In this document: positions 39,031 to 51,100 of the stretch, in pieces
Layout of the letters: each line of letters opens with the position of its first letter
Position numbering within the stretch: position 1 is the first letter of the stretch
Source: Lingula anatina
Lineage: Eukaryota; Animalia; Brachiopoda
Length of the DNA: 64,000 nucleotides
Reading direction: 5' to 3'
NCBI GenBank assembly: GCA_051362555.1
Contig: CM120643.1
Coordinates: 7,192,001 to 7,256,000 of the forward strand
Program-made: the position numbers and the translations under genes
Notes under the pieces: model-generated
The model's database searches: none
Told to the model about the DNA's origin: nothing
What the model saw: the letters and a program-made list of their open reading frames with translations, nothing else

Positions 39031-40469
39031 TCATTTTATTTTTAACTTTGATTTTTGTATCTACAGAGGCCTCCGCACAACTCAAAATTACCAGTGAGTT
39101 GTGGCAAATTTATTCAGCTTTCTGTCAATGTTATCATGTAAAGAACTTTGCCTTAAGCTAGGAATGGCACAAATCAATTCACAGTCATGTGCATAAAAAA
39201 AATGCACGCTTGCTGTTTCCGCATTTCAGCCTTGTTTTGGCTTCACATACCTCCGTTTCCCTGACCCTTGAAAAGTGACTTTCACATGTTCACAGATTCT
39301 TACGATATTAACATCAATTTTCCTTTTACAGATCTTACTCATTAGTTAATGTTTCTGTTTATTTGTTCATTCTTGTTGCTTTCATTTAATGGGTCTTGCT
39401 TTTAATGTTTTGATATTCTTTATTTGTCTCTTTTGCCGTTTTCACTTGTCAATTTTATCTAATTTTCTACTGTCTCTACTGTGGTGCCTTTGCCAGTCTT
39501 TTGTGTTGTTTGATATTAATACTTCTTTGTCTGCCTGCCTTACTGTCCAGCCGTCAGTTCTGTCCGTATCTGTCATTGTGAGCTTTTTAACTCCATTTTC
39601 CAGTGTGGTGCCTTTGCCAGTCTTTTGGCCTGCTTGCTATTCATACTTGTTTGTCTTCCTGTCAGTGAGTGCTTGAGGCAGATAAAATGCTTGGGGAAAA
39701 TGAAACAGATTTTTCATCAAATGAACAATGGCTTCCTTTTTTCTGATGGAAATTCATCTGTGTAGTTGTAGGTGTTCTGGGACTCCACAAAATATTGACA
39801 AAAACTCTTCAGTCAAGCAAATGTGAAATGTGGTCACTCACTCATGCAATGCATAAATAAAAAAGACCACACCTACTGAGATCACACGCACACACCGACT
39901 TTACTTGAGAAGGACAGGAGAAGGACATGACTCTCTTTATAAGATATAGACTCCACAATTTATGTAAGTGTATTTGTTTTAAGTTTATGAGAATCATTGT
40001 TTTACATTATACTTTTGAATATATTATATTATATTGTATTTTTATTTTAGTGACCAGCTATCGGCTATCAACTATCAGCTTATCAGCAATTTTGAATAAA
40101 CTGAAAATAAAGCCAACCGTGTACAAAAAGGAGTTCTGTTCTTTCTAACCCAAAACAGTAGGATATGATTCAAGTATTAAACTTTTCAATTTCTACCATG
40201 TGAATAAGGCCCTGAAGAGGTGTAAGTATCCCAGCTGGGCTCTAAGGAAGGTACTGAACAATGTTGGAGCTGAAAAGGAGTCAACACCTGAGGATGACGA
40301 GAGAAGACAAGATAAGCCCAAAACCAGTATAGTGATCCCATACATGAAAGGGAGATCAGAACAGCTGAAACGAATTTATACAAAACACAAAGCAAATGTT
40401 TGCTTTAGACCTCAAAGAATACTCAAACAGATTCTTTGTCATCCTAAAGATAAGGCTGACCAAAAGGGA

Positions 40470-41210
40470 AGTTTGGCGTAGTCAAACGTTTATTTATGGC
40501 GACGGTCTGATTCTTCACAAGTTTGCAAGTAGCCTCGGATTCAATGCTACACAAGTTGTTAACATTTTTGCTCTAGTCTCGGATTCAATGCTGCATCTAT
40601 CGCGATCAGACATTATCTTGCCTGCCTTACTGTCCAGCCGTTTATTATGGCATAACTTGCCGAAAATTCGCATAAGCCTCGGATTCAACGCTGCATCTTT
40701 TGATCAGACACCCTGTCCAATCACGGACGGGGGTTTCACTTAGGTTCGCGCCTCAGCGTTTAACCAAATGAGCGTTACTATTCCTTCCCACTCTGCTTTA
40801 TACAAGGTTCTATAGTGTATGCAATTGTAAGAATAATTTTACGTTCGCCATCTTCAATTTAAACTGTATTAACAGTTACGGATTCACAGATATTTCAAGT
40901 CAGGACTTTTGGCGAACCTGCTGATAGATCGACGCATCTCAGGCTTTCCCACGAACAGAACTCCAATTTGCTACAAGTAAGTTTTTTCTTTATTTGAGTT
41001 ATTGATTTTGCGAATTATAGTAGCATGGCTGTTCTTGTCATTGGGCATTCTTTTGTACACAGGCTCCAATCTTACCTCGACCAAGGTCAGGACAACCGCA
41101 CGGCGAAAGACTTTGGATTCCCCGAATCAGTACACTGGCACGGAATAGGTGGCCATACGGTCCCTAAACTGGTCAGATACGATTTGGGCATCCTTCGCCG
41201 GGTCCGCCCG
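40470..41210 (+). mobile_element. Inserted fragment carrying the 5' part of an SGNH-hydrolase-like ORF (DIRS/Ngaro-like)
   Basis: MAVLVIGHSFVHRL..VHWHGIGG..DL..VRP motif; internal repeats of ctcggattcaa.gct; it splits the Penelope sequence between PKDK and SGAIY. Confidence 0.6.
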
Positions 41211-41574
41211 GTTAGTGGCGCAATTTACCATATAAGGTGCCAGGGTAACAAGAACTGTGAATGTGAGAAAGACTACATCGGGGAAACGGAAAGAACTTTA
41301 AAATCTAGAGTGATGGAACATAAAAGATGGAGCCTCACCACCACGGAGGTTTCTAGGCACATTCATGTAGATTATCCAGGACATGAAATTCCGTGGGAGA
41401 CAGCAAAGATCTTGGACAGGGACCCTTCTTGGTGTGAAAGGGGGGTAAAGGAGGTCATTTACATCAGGGCACATATTAACCCAAGCTTGAACAGAGATGG
41501 GGGGAGGCACCAATTGTCACATATTTGAGACAACGCAATCACCAAAGCACTGGTGAGCAGTGATCGTCCCATAT

Positions 41575-41620
41575 GACATCACACTGAAGAAGATCATAAA
41601 TGTGATCAAAAGCTCTGTTA
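41575..41620 (+). ncRNA. Minimal hammerhead ribozyme of the Penelope pseudo-LTR, probably inactivated
   Basis: CTGAAGA (41584-41590), stem gatca/tgatc, then AAAAGCTC where GAAA is expected. Confidence 0.6.
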
Positions 41621-42349
41621 GATATAGCTCTATTTTTAGTGTAGAAATTGAAAAGTTTAATACTTGAATCATGACTTCCTTTTTTGCCTATTTGCTTCAA
41701 ATAATGTTAACGCAGTTATTTGAGAATGTTGGTATAACCACATATCCTTATCATCATACCAAGTATAGCTGATCAAGAGATAAGATCCTGCACAACCATC
41801 TTTCATAAAATTAGAATTTTCTTTTGTGATTGATTTTATAGCATTTGACTATTTTTGTTCTTGGCTTTGGCTCTATTCTGGCATATGAGAAAAACCACAA
41901 TTAGATCAGCATGACAACAAATGAAACAGTGTAAATACACGACTAACAGCAATTAGTTTACCATGTTAGAGCAAAGGATACACATTAAGTCTAAATCGAA
42001 ACTATTAATTATCCTAATTTCTTCTTTTCTTTTTAACCCTTTCTAATGCCATGATGTGATTTCATGTTGGTGCTCATATCTGCAGATTTGTTTGTGAACT
42101 TTTTAACATGTGGAAAGATTTGGACATGTGAGTTGGTTCAGAAAGGTATATTCATACATTTTACCAAAAGGCTATAACTTAATATAATATATACAATAAT
42201 GCTGTGCTGATCTATTATATACAGAATAAATACAGTATTTAAAGAAATATTATACAGCTGGTAGACATATATACTTTGAACATTTTAGACTGCCAGACAT
42301 AGAGAATTGAAAGGTGTAAATGCTGATCAAGATAATGTCCAGCTGAGCA

Positions 42350-43900
42350 GACAAGGTATCTACTGACAAGATGGAAGGATGGAGAAGGATTACATGACCA
42401 CATCAGATCAGGAAAGCCCACTAAGTTCACAGACCTTCATAAGACGGTCATTGATGACAAGATGACCAGGAATAAGGAGCTGGTTGCCAAAGACTTGAAA
42501 GAAATTATCAAAGAACATACAGGTGAAAACAACACCACTTTCAAATAAATTTGTATATATCAAGAAAAAATTTTATAAACTGAAAGTTCATATAACTCCA
42601 GCGCTGTACGGATATTAAGAAAAAAATGTTGGCTGGGTGAAGAGTAGCAAAGACTACTGCCAGCTTGTGAGGATTGTCAGCCGTCTGAAAAGAGTAAACT
42701 AGTGTTGGGAGGCCCTGGCAGTTGAAGACAAATTTGAGGACATTGTGTTTCCTGGTAATTAATAACAAAAATCTACAGATCTGCATTCAAAATACAACAT
42801 GTGTTGTTGATTACGTGCATACGTTTCAGATCTTTTGTTCTGCTCACTTTGTAAATCCATATATATATATATAAGCATCGTTGTTGAAAAGATATATGTA
42901 CAAACATTTAGAATAAGTGCTCTTGTATTATATTGTTTTAATTATACTATTTGCTCATTTACTTCAGATGAGTGTACAGTGGAAATGGACTGAAACTGCT
43001 GACATATTTTCCAGAAAGTGATAAGAGATGAAAACTGAAACAACATTAGCCTGCCACGCCCACTGCACAGCAGACCTGAGCACCCGTACAAGAACCATGT
43101 ATGGGCAGGTTAGACACTACAGTGGAATATTTAATACTGATGTGAAAAATATGTTAACTTCACTTGGAGAAATGTGATGAATTAAAATTTACCGAGTGTT
43201 TTAATAGTATGAAATCCAAATAGCCAGGACTGTGAGAACTAGGCCTTTAATATAAGAGTACATGTACATCTAAACTAATGGACTGATATTATATTATCTA
43301 TTTCAAGCATTCCGCAAAAAGGGGCAACACTAATAGTTACATTCACTGGCACAATGAACAGCAAAGTGCACCAGGGCATTCTTCATGATTGAAGATTCCA
43401 CTTCTGCAAGAAAGGTAATTAAGCAGCAATCAGCAATTTAAAAAAAAAGAGTCAATCAGTATTATCGTATATAAATACGTACATTGTCAATGTTTGTTCA
43501 TCAACTGTAAGTACGTACTGAAAATAGTTAAACTTAGGTATCTCTTCTGAATTAACTACAGCTATTCTCTTGGGGCACAGGTTCCAACATTTTTTTAACA
43601 ACACAACAACTGGTTTCAGACGCCCCCCGAGAGCCCTGATTTGAACCCTATCAAGCTGCTGTGGGCTGAACTGAAGTATTTCATCAGGAACTGGGCAAAA
43701 CCAAGAACGAAGATCAATTGGTGGCTGCCATTGAAGAATTTTGGACAAACGTGGATCAGGCTAAGTGTGTTAAGTACATTTACCACATTCAGAAGGTAAT
43801 GCCTGAAGTAATGTACTTTTTTGTTTTGTTTTGTTAAATATACTTATATTCTGCTCAGAGATGGTAAAATAAAAATCTACATCTTATTCACGTTGAAGGC
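42350..43900 (+). pseudogene. Intron-containing Tc1/IS630-like transposase remnant
   Basis: RSGKPTKF..; DECTVEM; HPYKNHVWAG; [27 protein letters not shown]; segments are separated by GT-AG introns and contain stops. Confidence 0.75.
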
Positions 43901-44864
43901 AGAGCCACAGGTTATTAAATATAAGTTACTGCCGTGGTATTTTTAGGCTTTAACTTTGTAAATATGTACAATATCGTAAATATGTTTTTTTTAAACAGCC
44001 CTGTACTTTTTATACAGATTAATTTATATCTATTTTAATTTGTATAATACTTTGCTTTGTATATATTTGTATAACCAATGCTGTATATATATGTTTATAT
44101 ACAGGGCATTTGATGTAAAAATTGCAAAATTAACAATTTGGAAGTGGTTATAGAATAAACCTTGTAAAAACCATAATTGCTACATATGATGATTGATATG
44201 TTTAGAGAAGATTTGGATTTTTAAAAAGATTGCATTAAAGATTGAGTTTCCCTAAGACATACATGCTTATTTTTTAGTTTAGAGAAAAGCAGAGTGGTTG
44301 GTTTGGCCAACTGGGCAAGAACTCCAGGCATGTGACTGTGGTGATCTTCTGAAACGATTCTAATGAAGTATGTGTTAGTATACAGTTAAGTAATAATTTC
44401 ATTGTTAACTGTTATTATATTGCTAATATGAAACCTGCTATTTCTTTGTATTTGTATAGCAGACAAAACATATATTTACATGTATTTGACCTTAATTTTA
44501 TTTTATTTCAGCATCGAACACTTACAATTTGCAACATGTGAAACAGGAGTAGTTTGCAGTTGCCTCCATTTTGGAGAACACACTTGAAAATGTTGCTAAA
44601 GGGGTTCCTCAGATTAAACAAGCCAGAATCAGGTACCTGTCCATTTTATTTACAAATGCTTAAATGAAAACAAATAGTATGTTTTTCATTCTGTTGTGTG
44701 GGAATAAGGATCAATGCATTTCCACTCAAGGTAGATGTTTACAAAAGATAGTTACTTTGACATATGTATTACTAAATTCATTTCTGTAAGTGTACAAGTC
44801 ATGCATTACCATTGCCTTTTAAATATATGAGGAAGCTGACTTCTGTCAAAATCATATACATGAC

Positions 44865-45235
44865 TATGGGCGGCCAAAAGGGCAAAAAATCCTGTCGTCG
44901 ATTCAGTTATGTTTCGTTGATTCACTGCCTTCCCATCGATTCAGTTTCAAGTTTAAACGATCCTGTCATAAATTCAACATCTACTTTCGTCAATTCAATT
45001 GTCAAACATTTCTCATCTATGGTGTATTAAAACCAATGCTGTCACTATTCTCGTCGATCGTGTAACTATTCTCGTCGATCGTCAAACTATTTTCGTCAAT
45101 CGTGTAACTATTCTCGTCGATCGTCTAATCTCGTCGATCGTGTTACTATTCTCATCGATCGTCCAACTAATCTCGTCGATCGTGTAACTATTCTCGTCGA
45201 TTGTCCCATCGATCGATCGTCAGAGGGCGCTGCGG
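44865..45235 (+). repeat. Left TIR with an internal array of ~21-bp tcgtcgatcg repeats
   Basis: Reverse complement of 54232-54595, apart from a ~55-bp left-only insert at ~44986-45040 and small differences in the repeat array. Confidence 0.95.
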
Positions 45236-45275
45236 GGCTATCCACAGCCACATGACTATCATGTGACATTTCAAA

Positions 45276-47903
45276 ATGGCAGGCAACGAGATCGATTACG
45301 GAATACAGTTTGTAAGGGAAATCATAACACTTTCTCAACAATTGGAAAACGCAAGTCGGCTCGACGATGCTTTATTATATAGACTAGAACATTTATACCG
45401 TCGCATACTTGATGTTACCGAACTTGAAAATGCAGCATTTCCACTGGCCAGGGCAGCTGAGATGCTTAGAGAATATTTTCAACAACAACAGCAAAATGAT
45501 GATAGCAGACGATCATCTTCCACAAGAGGAAGGCCTACTACGACAACGACTGGAAATCCTGGGAGACCCAAGTTTGAAATCAGTCGTAGGCAACTTAAAT
45601 TCTTCATTGGTAAGTTAGATAGGCCTCTAATCTTCTATTTATACATGTACATGTAATATTTGTAGTCTCTAGTTATTATTATTTTTCATTATATAGTTTT
45701 TAGCCTATTAAGTATTATAATAGGCCATCTATCTATCTTCTAGCCTAGGCCTATAGAGTCCGTGTACCCAGGCCAAATGATATCTTTTTTGAATGCTTCA
45801 AAATTAAAAAATTAAAAATAATGGGTTCTTCAAGATCATTAGACATTGTCAACATATTTTCAAGAATGTATTACCATTATGGTAATACATTCTTGGAGAA
45901 ATATAGAATAAGAATTTTTAGAAATATTTTGAAATTCACTTTTTCCAGATGTTTTATTAGAATGAGAGAAGAACTACAGTGCATAATAAGAAACCAAGGG
46001 CTATCCACAGCCACTTTTCAGCTTGCTGAAATCACATTTTCATTTATCCTTCAAAACTCTTTTCAGGAAAATTCTATGAATTTTTTCTAGAACATGTAGC
46101 TTTCTCTGTCATTGATAGAAATTATATCATTTTTATTTATTCTTTCAGACAATGGTTTTACTATGAAGGAAGTAGCTGGTTTGTTATGTGTGTCTCTCCG
46201 GACTGTTAAGTACAGGCTTAATGAGTATGGATTGAAAGTCAGTCAGAAATTCACTGACATAGAAGATGTTGACCTTGACAGTAAAGTGCTTCATTTTCTT
46301 CAGAACTTCCCAAATGCTGGTAGGTTGGTTGGTTAATCAAGAAAAACTGAATAGCAATCAATAACAAATTTATGTTGATGAACCATTGAAACTTTTTGTG
46401 CTGTTGTAGGTTACAAGTCAGTTCATGGACACCTAACTTCTGAGGGGATAAATGTTCAGAGGTGTCGGGTACGAGAGGCAATGTTAAGGGTGGATCCAGA
46501 GGGAAGACAGTTGAATGCCCTCCGTCGTTGCATTAGACGAAGAAGTTATAGTGTTCATTCCCCTATGACCTTATGGCATATTGACGGGAATCATAAACTT
46601 ATAAGGTGAAATAAGAAATAGGTTTGAGGTATTACTTTGCTATTAAGTTGACTCTATCCTAAACCGGTATACCTGCAAGCTTGGTACATAAGTAAAGGAG
46701 AGAGAAAGTTTGAGGCACGCAGACTGCAGGCAAACAACCGATAAAAATGAGTTTATGTAATTTTATGAAGCTTATTATTTTCAGATAATATTATTCTTTA
46801 CACATCTTATTTTAATTGATAAAATCTATGTTAATTTTTTACTATGTTCTAATGCATTTTTAGGTGGCGCATTGTTATACATGGTGGCATAGATGGCTAC
46901 AGTAGACTAATAGTCTATCTCCATAGTAGTAACAACAATCTGTCCGAGACTGTTTTGACAGTATTTAAAGAAGCTGTTGATAAGTGGGGACTCCCTTTAC
47001 GTGTACGTGCTGATAAGGGGGTTGAAAACAGAGGTGTTGCTAGTTACATGCTCTCACATCCATCACGTGGTCCAGATCAAGGCGCCTTCATTACTGGAAG
47101 ATCGGTCCACAACTCGCGTATTGAAAGGCTGTGGAGGGACGTGCACGAAGCTGTCGTTTGCCAATACCAGGACTTATTCTATCATTTAGAGGAGACTGGT
47201 TACCTCAAACCTGATGATGAAATGGCTCTTTATGCCCTTCATTTGGTATATCTGCCACGGATAAACAAAAGGCTGAATCAGTTTGTGCGTATGTGGAACA
47301 ATCATAAAATTAGGACTGCTGGAAATAAAAGTCCCCTGGATCTCTTCCTCCGCGGCATGAATGCCATTGCAGGAGAGGAAGGTGTGATTACCCACGAGTA
47401 CTTCCACGAGGCAAGTACAACCAGCATTGTATTTTGAACAGGTCTTCTTTCAGATTTAACAGTCATACATTGGCAATTCTTTCTAGATTGTCAAAAAATG
47501 TGCCATAAGAAATTTGGTCTCTTAGCCTGGGCGAGGCATACAATTTTTTTTATCTAAAAACTACCTTGACTTCAAAAAGAAATGTTGGCCCTAGCATGGT
47601 CCAACATGATGTTATTACCAGTTATCAACCCTGATCAGTAACAAAGCACATTATATATCACTAGGATTTCTTAATCTGATGCTTCCTTTTCAGCAATCAA
47701 ACTATGGCTTTGACCCTGACGCTCCCATTCCAATGGAGGAAGTTGACGAGGGTGTGATTGTTCCAGCAATTCAAGTGAATTTTGGTCCTGGAGTTGTTGA
47801 GAACATTGATTTACCAAGTGAAGAACAGGATCGATTTGGCATTGAAAGTTACAAAGTAGTTTTAAGGCACTTGAGTGAAAGCCAGAATCAAAATGTTAAC
47901 TAA
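45276..47903 (+). CDS. DDE integrase-like transposase, 5 exons, ~485 aa
   Basis: Exons 45276-45609, 46149-46319, 46410-46605, 46864-47410 (GC donor) and 47694-47903 join in frame. HTH-like FTMKEVAGLLCVSLRTVKYRL; catalytic WHIDGNHKL, RADKGVEN and HNSRIERLWRDV. Confidence 0.9.
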
Positions 47904-48152
47904 TCAAAGACTATCTGGCATATTTGACAAAGCATCAGCACTGCATTTATTGCATTATCAAAGTGTAGAACATTTAAATAGTATAACAATGTTTGAGTTT
48001 TTGAGGTTAACTTCAAAGGGTAATTTTTTAATAACTATATCTAATTTTGCTACTTTAAACTACATGTTTGCATGATTGTACTTTATATTGATAAAAGTAA
48101 CCATATATTGTAGACCTGGTGCAATGTCTCTTACTTGTCTCTTATCTTTAGC

Positions 48153-51100
48153 TCAGTTCAGACCGAAGTAAGTTGATGAAAATGCTATATCAAATTTTTT
48201 GAAAACATGGCTTTTAAATTCCTCACTGCCCTGATTATCTGCTCTATTGAGCCTTGGCAAAATCAGTCTATTGAGGCAAGTTTGTGAGGTAGGGAGACCA
48301 CCTGGACTTTCATTGAAGATGATGCTTGGTCTAGGGTTGAATCCTGCAGCTGGAATTGTTGACAATCCTGTAGCAAAGGCAAGAATATTGCCAAGATTGA
48401 CCTCCACATTATCAACCTTTCTTGGTGAATCTGAATTAAAAGTAATGAATCAGACTGATTTTGTCAGAGAAAATTGTGGCAATGTTGCCTGGTATAATGA
48501 CTAAATATTGCTATTTTCTGCACCAAATCCCTCTAAAAAAGTAAGATGCTGAGTATCCTTTATTATAGATACTCGATCTATCTAATTTCAGAGAAGAGAT
48601 AAAAATTTCTTGTAGCAGTTGTTTAAGGCACTCTACCCTTCTGAAGGAAATGCAACAATAAATACCAAATAAATCTATTAAAATGATATGCCTCTTTCGA
48701 ACAATAGACAGCATAGAAGTTTTTGGGCATCTGAGTTTATTTTTATCAATTTACTTAGAAGATTATACTTACGTTGAAGTGACAACAGGTAATGTGTAAA
48801 ATAACGCAAAACTTCAATTTCATTACGTTTCTGGTCTTCATTAGTAGACATTTCTGGTTTGAAGAGTTGAACAACATTTCCAGCTGTCAAGTTTGTCTTT
48901 TTTGAGGTGAGCAGATGGCGAATGCATGGCCGAATTGCTATAAGCTGAAAATAATTGACAGAAGCAAAACATCAAGAGATTGCAGATTTATCCTATTAGT
49001 TTAAGCACTTGTGACAAATTAGAGTTAAATAACTGTTGAAGGCCAACAGATATGTCACCTCTAGTTGTATTAACAACAAGGTGTGGTATATTTCAGATTT
49101 GGCCAACTTGGTTGGATGAAACCTACTAAGCATTTTCAAATCATTGTGAATCACAAATTAGTCAACCTTATTATGGGGAACAAAACCAGATCACTAACCA
49201 GCATATGAAATGGAAAAATACCTGTATAAATCCACACATCTTCAGACCCTGCAACATATACTGGAGCTCGGGAGAATCACTCGTGTCCTCAGTTGCCAAC
49301 TTGAATGCTGTGTCTTCATTTAAAAAAGAAGGTGAGGGTCCTCCTTGGATAATTGATAGTGCTTTAAAGGAGAAAGTATGGTTTAGAACTAAAGATTATA
49401 GTGGAAGATGTGGCAAACTGTTTGTGCCAGGAGTCAATGATTGGGGTCAACATCTTATTGGCAGTAAATTGACATGTTATCCTTATGCTAGACATGGGAT
49501 GCTAAATAGTGGCATTCTAAACAAATATGAACATGCTCTCCTAAAAACCATATAATATTATGTTGTTTCTATACTGTAACATTTACCTATGAGCACACCC
49601 ACTCCGCGATAGCTTTTGGGCTCAAAACCACTGGTTGGTTTGCCATCTGTAAAATAATGATCTCCAACTTCCTTCATCATAATTCGAAAAAATTCTCTCC
49701 TTGGACCACCAAAGTCGGCTGCATCTTCACCAAGGAAGAATACAGCAAGAGGTAACCTAGGATTGAAGTCAGGCAGGGATAGAGTCTGCAGACCATCTTT
49801 CAAGAGACCAGTGTCACGGGCAACAAATATTTCAGTTGTTTCACCTTCCAGTACTTGGTCGTCCCTGAACAGATCTAATGCTCGACCAAGCATGAAGTGC
49901 TCCCTAAATGCTGTCAGAATTTCCTTATGATTCTCATTATCAGGACTGAAATAAAAATTAAAACCTTTTATCCATCAGCTATTTGCTGGGACTGCAGGTT
50001 CTCCTGCTAACCAACAAGCAAAAGTGATTAGTCAATTTTATTACAATTAGAAGTTTTTGATATTATCAAACTTTGAAGTGTTTGATTAAATCTGCTTTAA
50101 ATATTTAGATGCAGGTTGTTTTGTGAACTCTGCTCTGCTCTGTCTCACAACATATCAAGCTCACTTGCTCATAGTGAAGGTGAAGAATTTACGTGAGTCC
50201 TCTTCAATGAAAATTTCATCGCCGAGATACTTACATCAGGTCATTGATAGTTTGAACTATTTGAGAACTACTATGGATTGTTTGCATAACACTCTCAGGT
50301 ATACACTCTGGTATGAGGTCTGGTAGACCATCATTATCATCATCCTGGAAAAGTTGATAACTGAGTAAAATTCATTTCATAAAATAATCTTGAATATTTA
50401 ATGGTGTTAGGCTTTGATTCACTTATTTTTCCAGTCTTGATTGCTAACAACTATATACACCCTCTGGGGATATTTCCTAAAATAGCTGTTAAAGAAAGGT
50501 ACTATAATTTCAGTGTACAGAATGAATAAAGTGGCAACTACCTTGTTAAAATGTCGCCGATTGACAAATGGCAAAGGAAGATGATGTATACCTATACGGG
50601 GGGAGGGAGGATTCTATAGAGAACTAGATGTGAGATCACCGAGTTACTGATATATCAGAATTATTCCACTTGAAAACAGGCTTACCTCTATCTCAATCAA
50701 GTCCTGGATCTTGATCTCTGCTCTGTTTTCCTCATTGCTGGTCTGGTTGGGTATTCTACCTGGAACGGGCTCATCACTGGATTTCTCCACAACATTTTCA
50801 GTGAAAACATGGAATGGAGGGGAAACCTGAAGGAGGAATTATGGTTTAGTTCATCAGTGTTTCATTTAAAGGGATAACTCTTCGTATGAGATCTATATTT
50901 CACAATAAAAACATTGTGAACAACTCATAGAAATATAATATATTGTTTTATGACAAAAACAGCAGTTATAGCTATTATTCTGATATCTGAGATTGTCTTT
51001 AGACCACGTGACATCCATTGATGGCTATACTCTGTTATAATCTCTTAAGAGATTATAACAAAAACAAACTTTTTAGAAAAACAAAACAGGGACTAACTTT

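Larger units (their letters stand above)
40165..41672 (+). mobile_element. 5'-truncated Penelope-like retroelement (GIY-YIG), interrupted by an insertion
   Basis: YPSWAL..IPYMKGRSEQLKR..HPKDK, then SGAIYHIRC..DYIGETERTLKSRVMEH..LNRDGG; 32-bp inverted pseudo-LTR ends at 40165-40196 and 41641-41672. Confidence 0.9.

Noticed and set aside
44812-45341. ORFs with ILVDR repeats, mirrored at 54188-54628
   Set aside because: They are translations of the TIR repeat arrays.
45276-47903. LTR-retrotransposon or bacterial IS3 contamination
   Set aside because: There is no gag, RT or LTR; the gene has spliceosomal introns and is bounded by long TIRs within host-like flanks.
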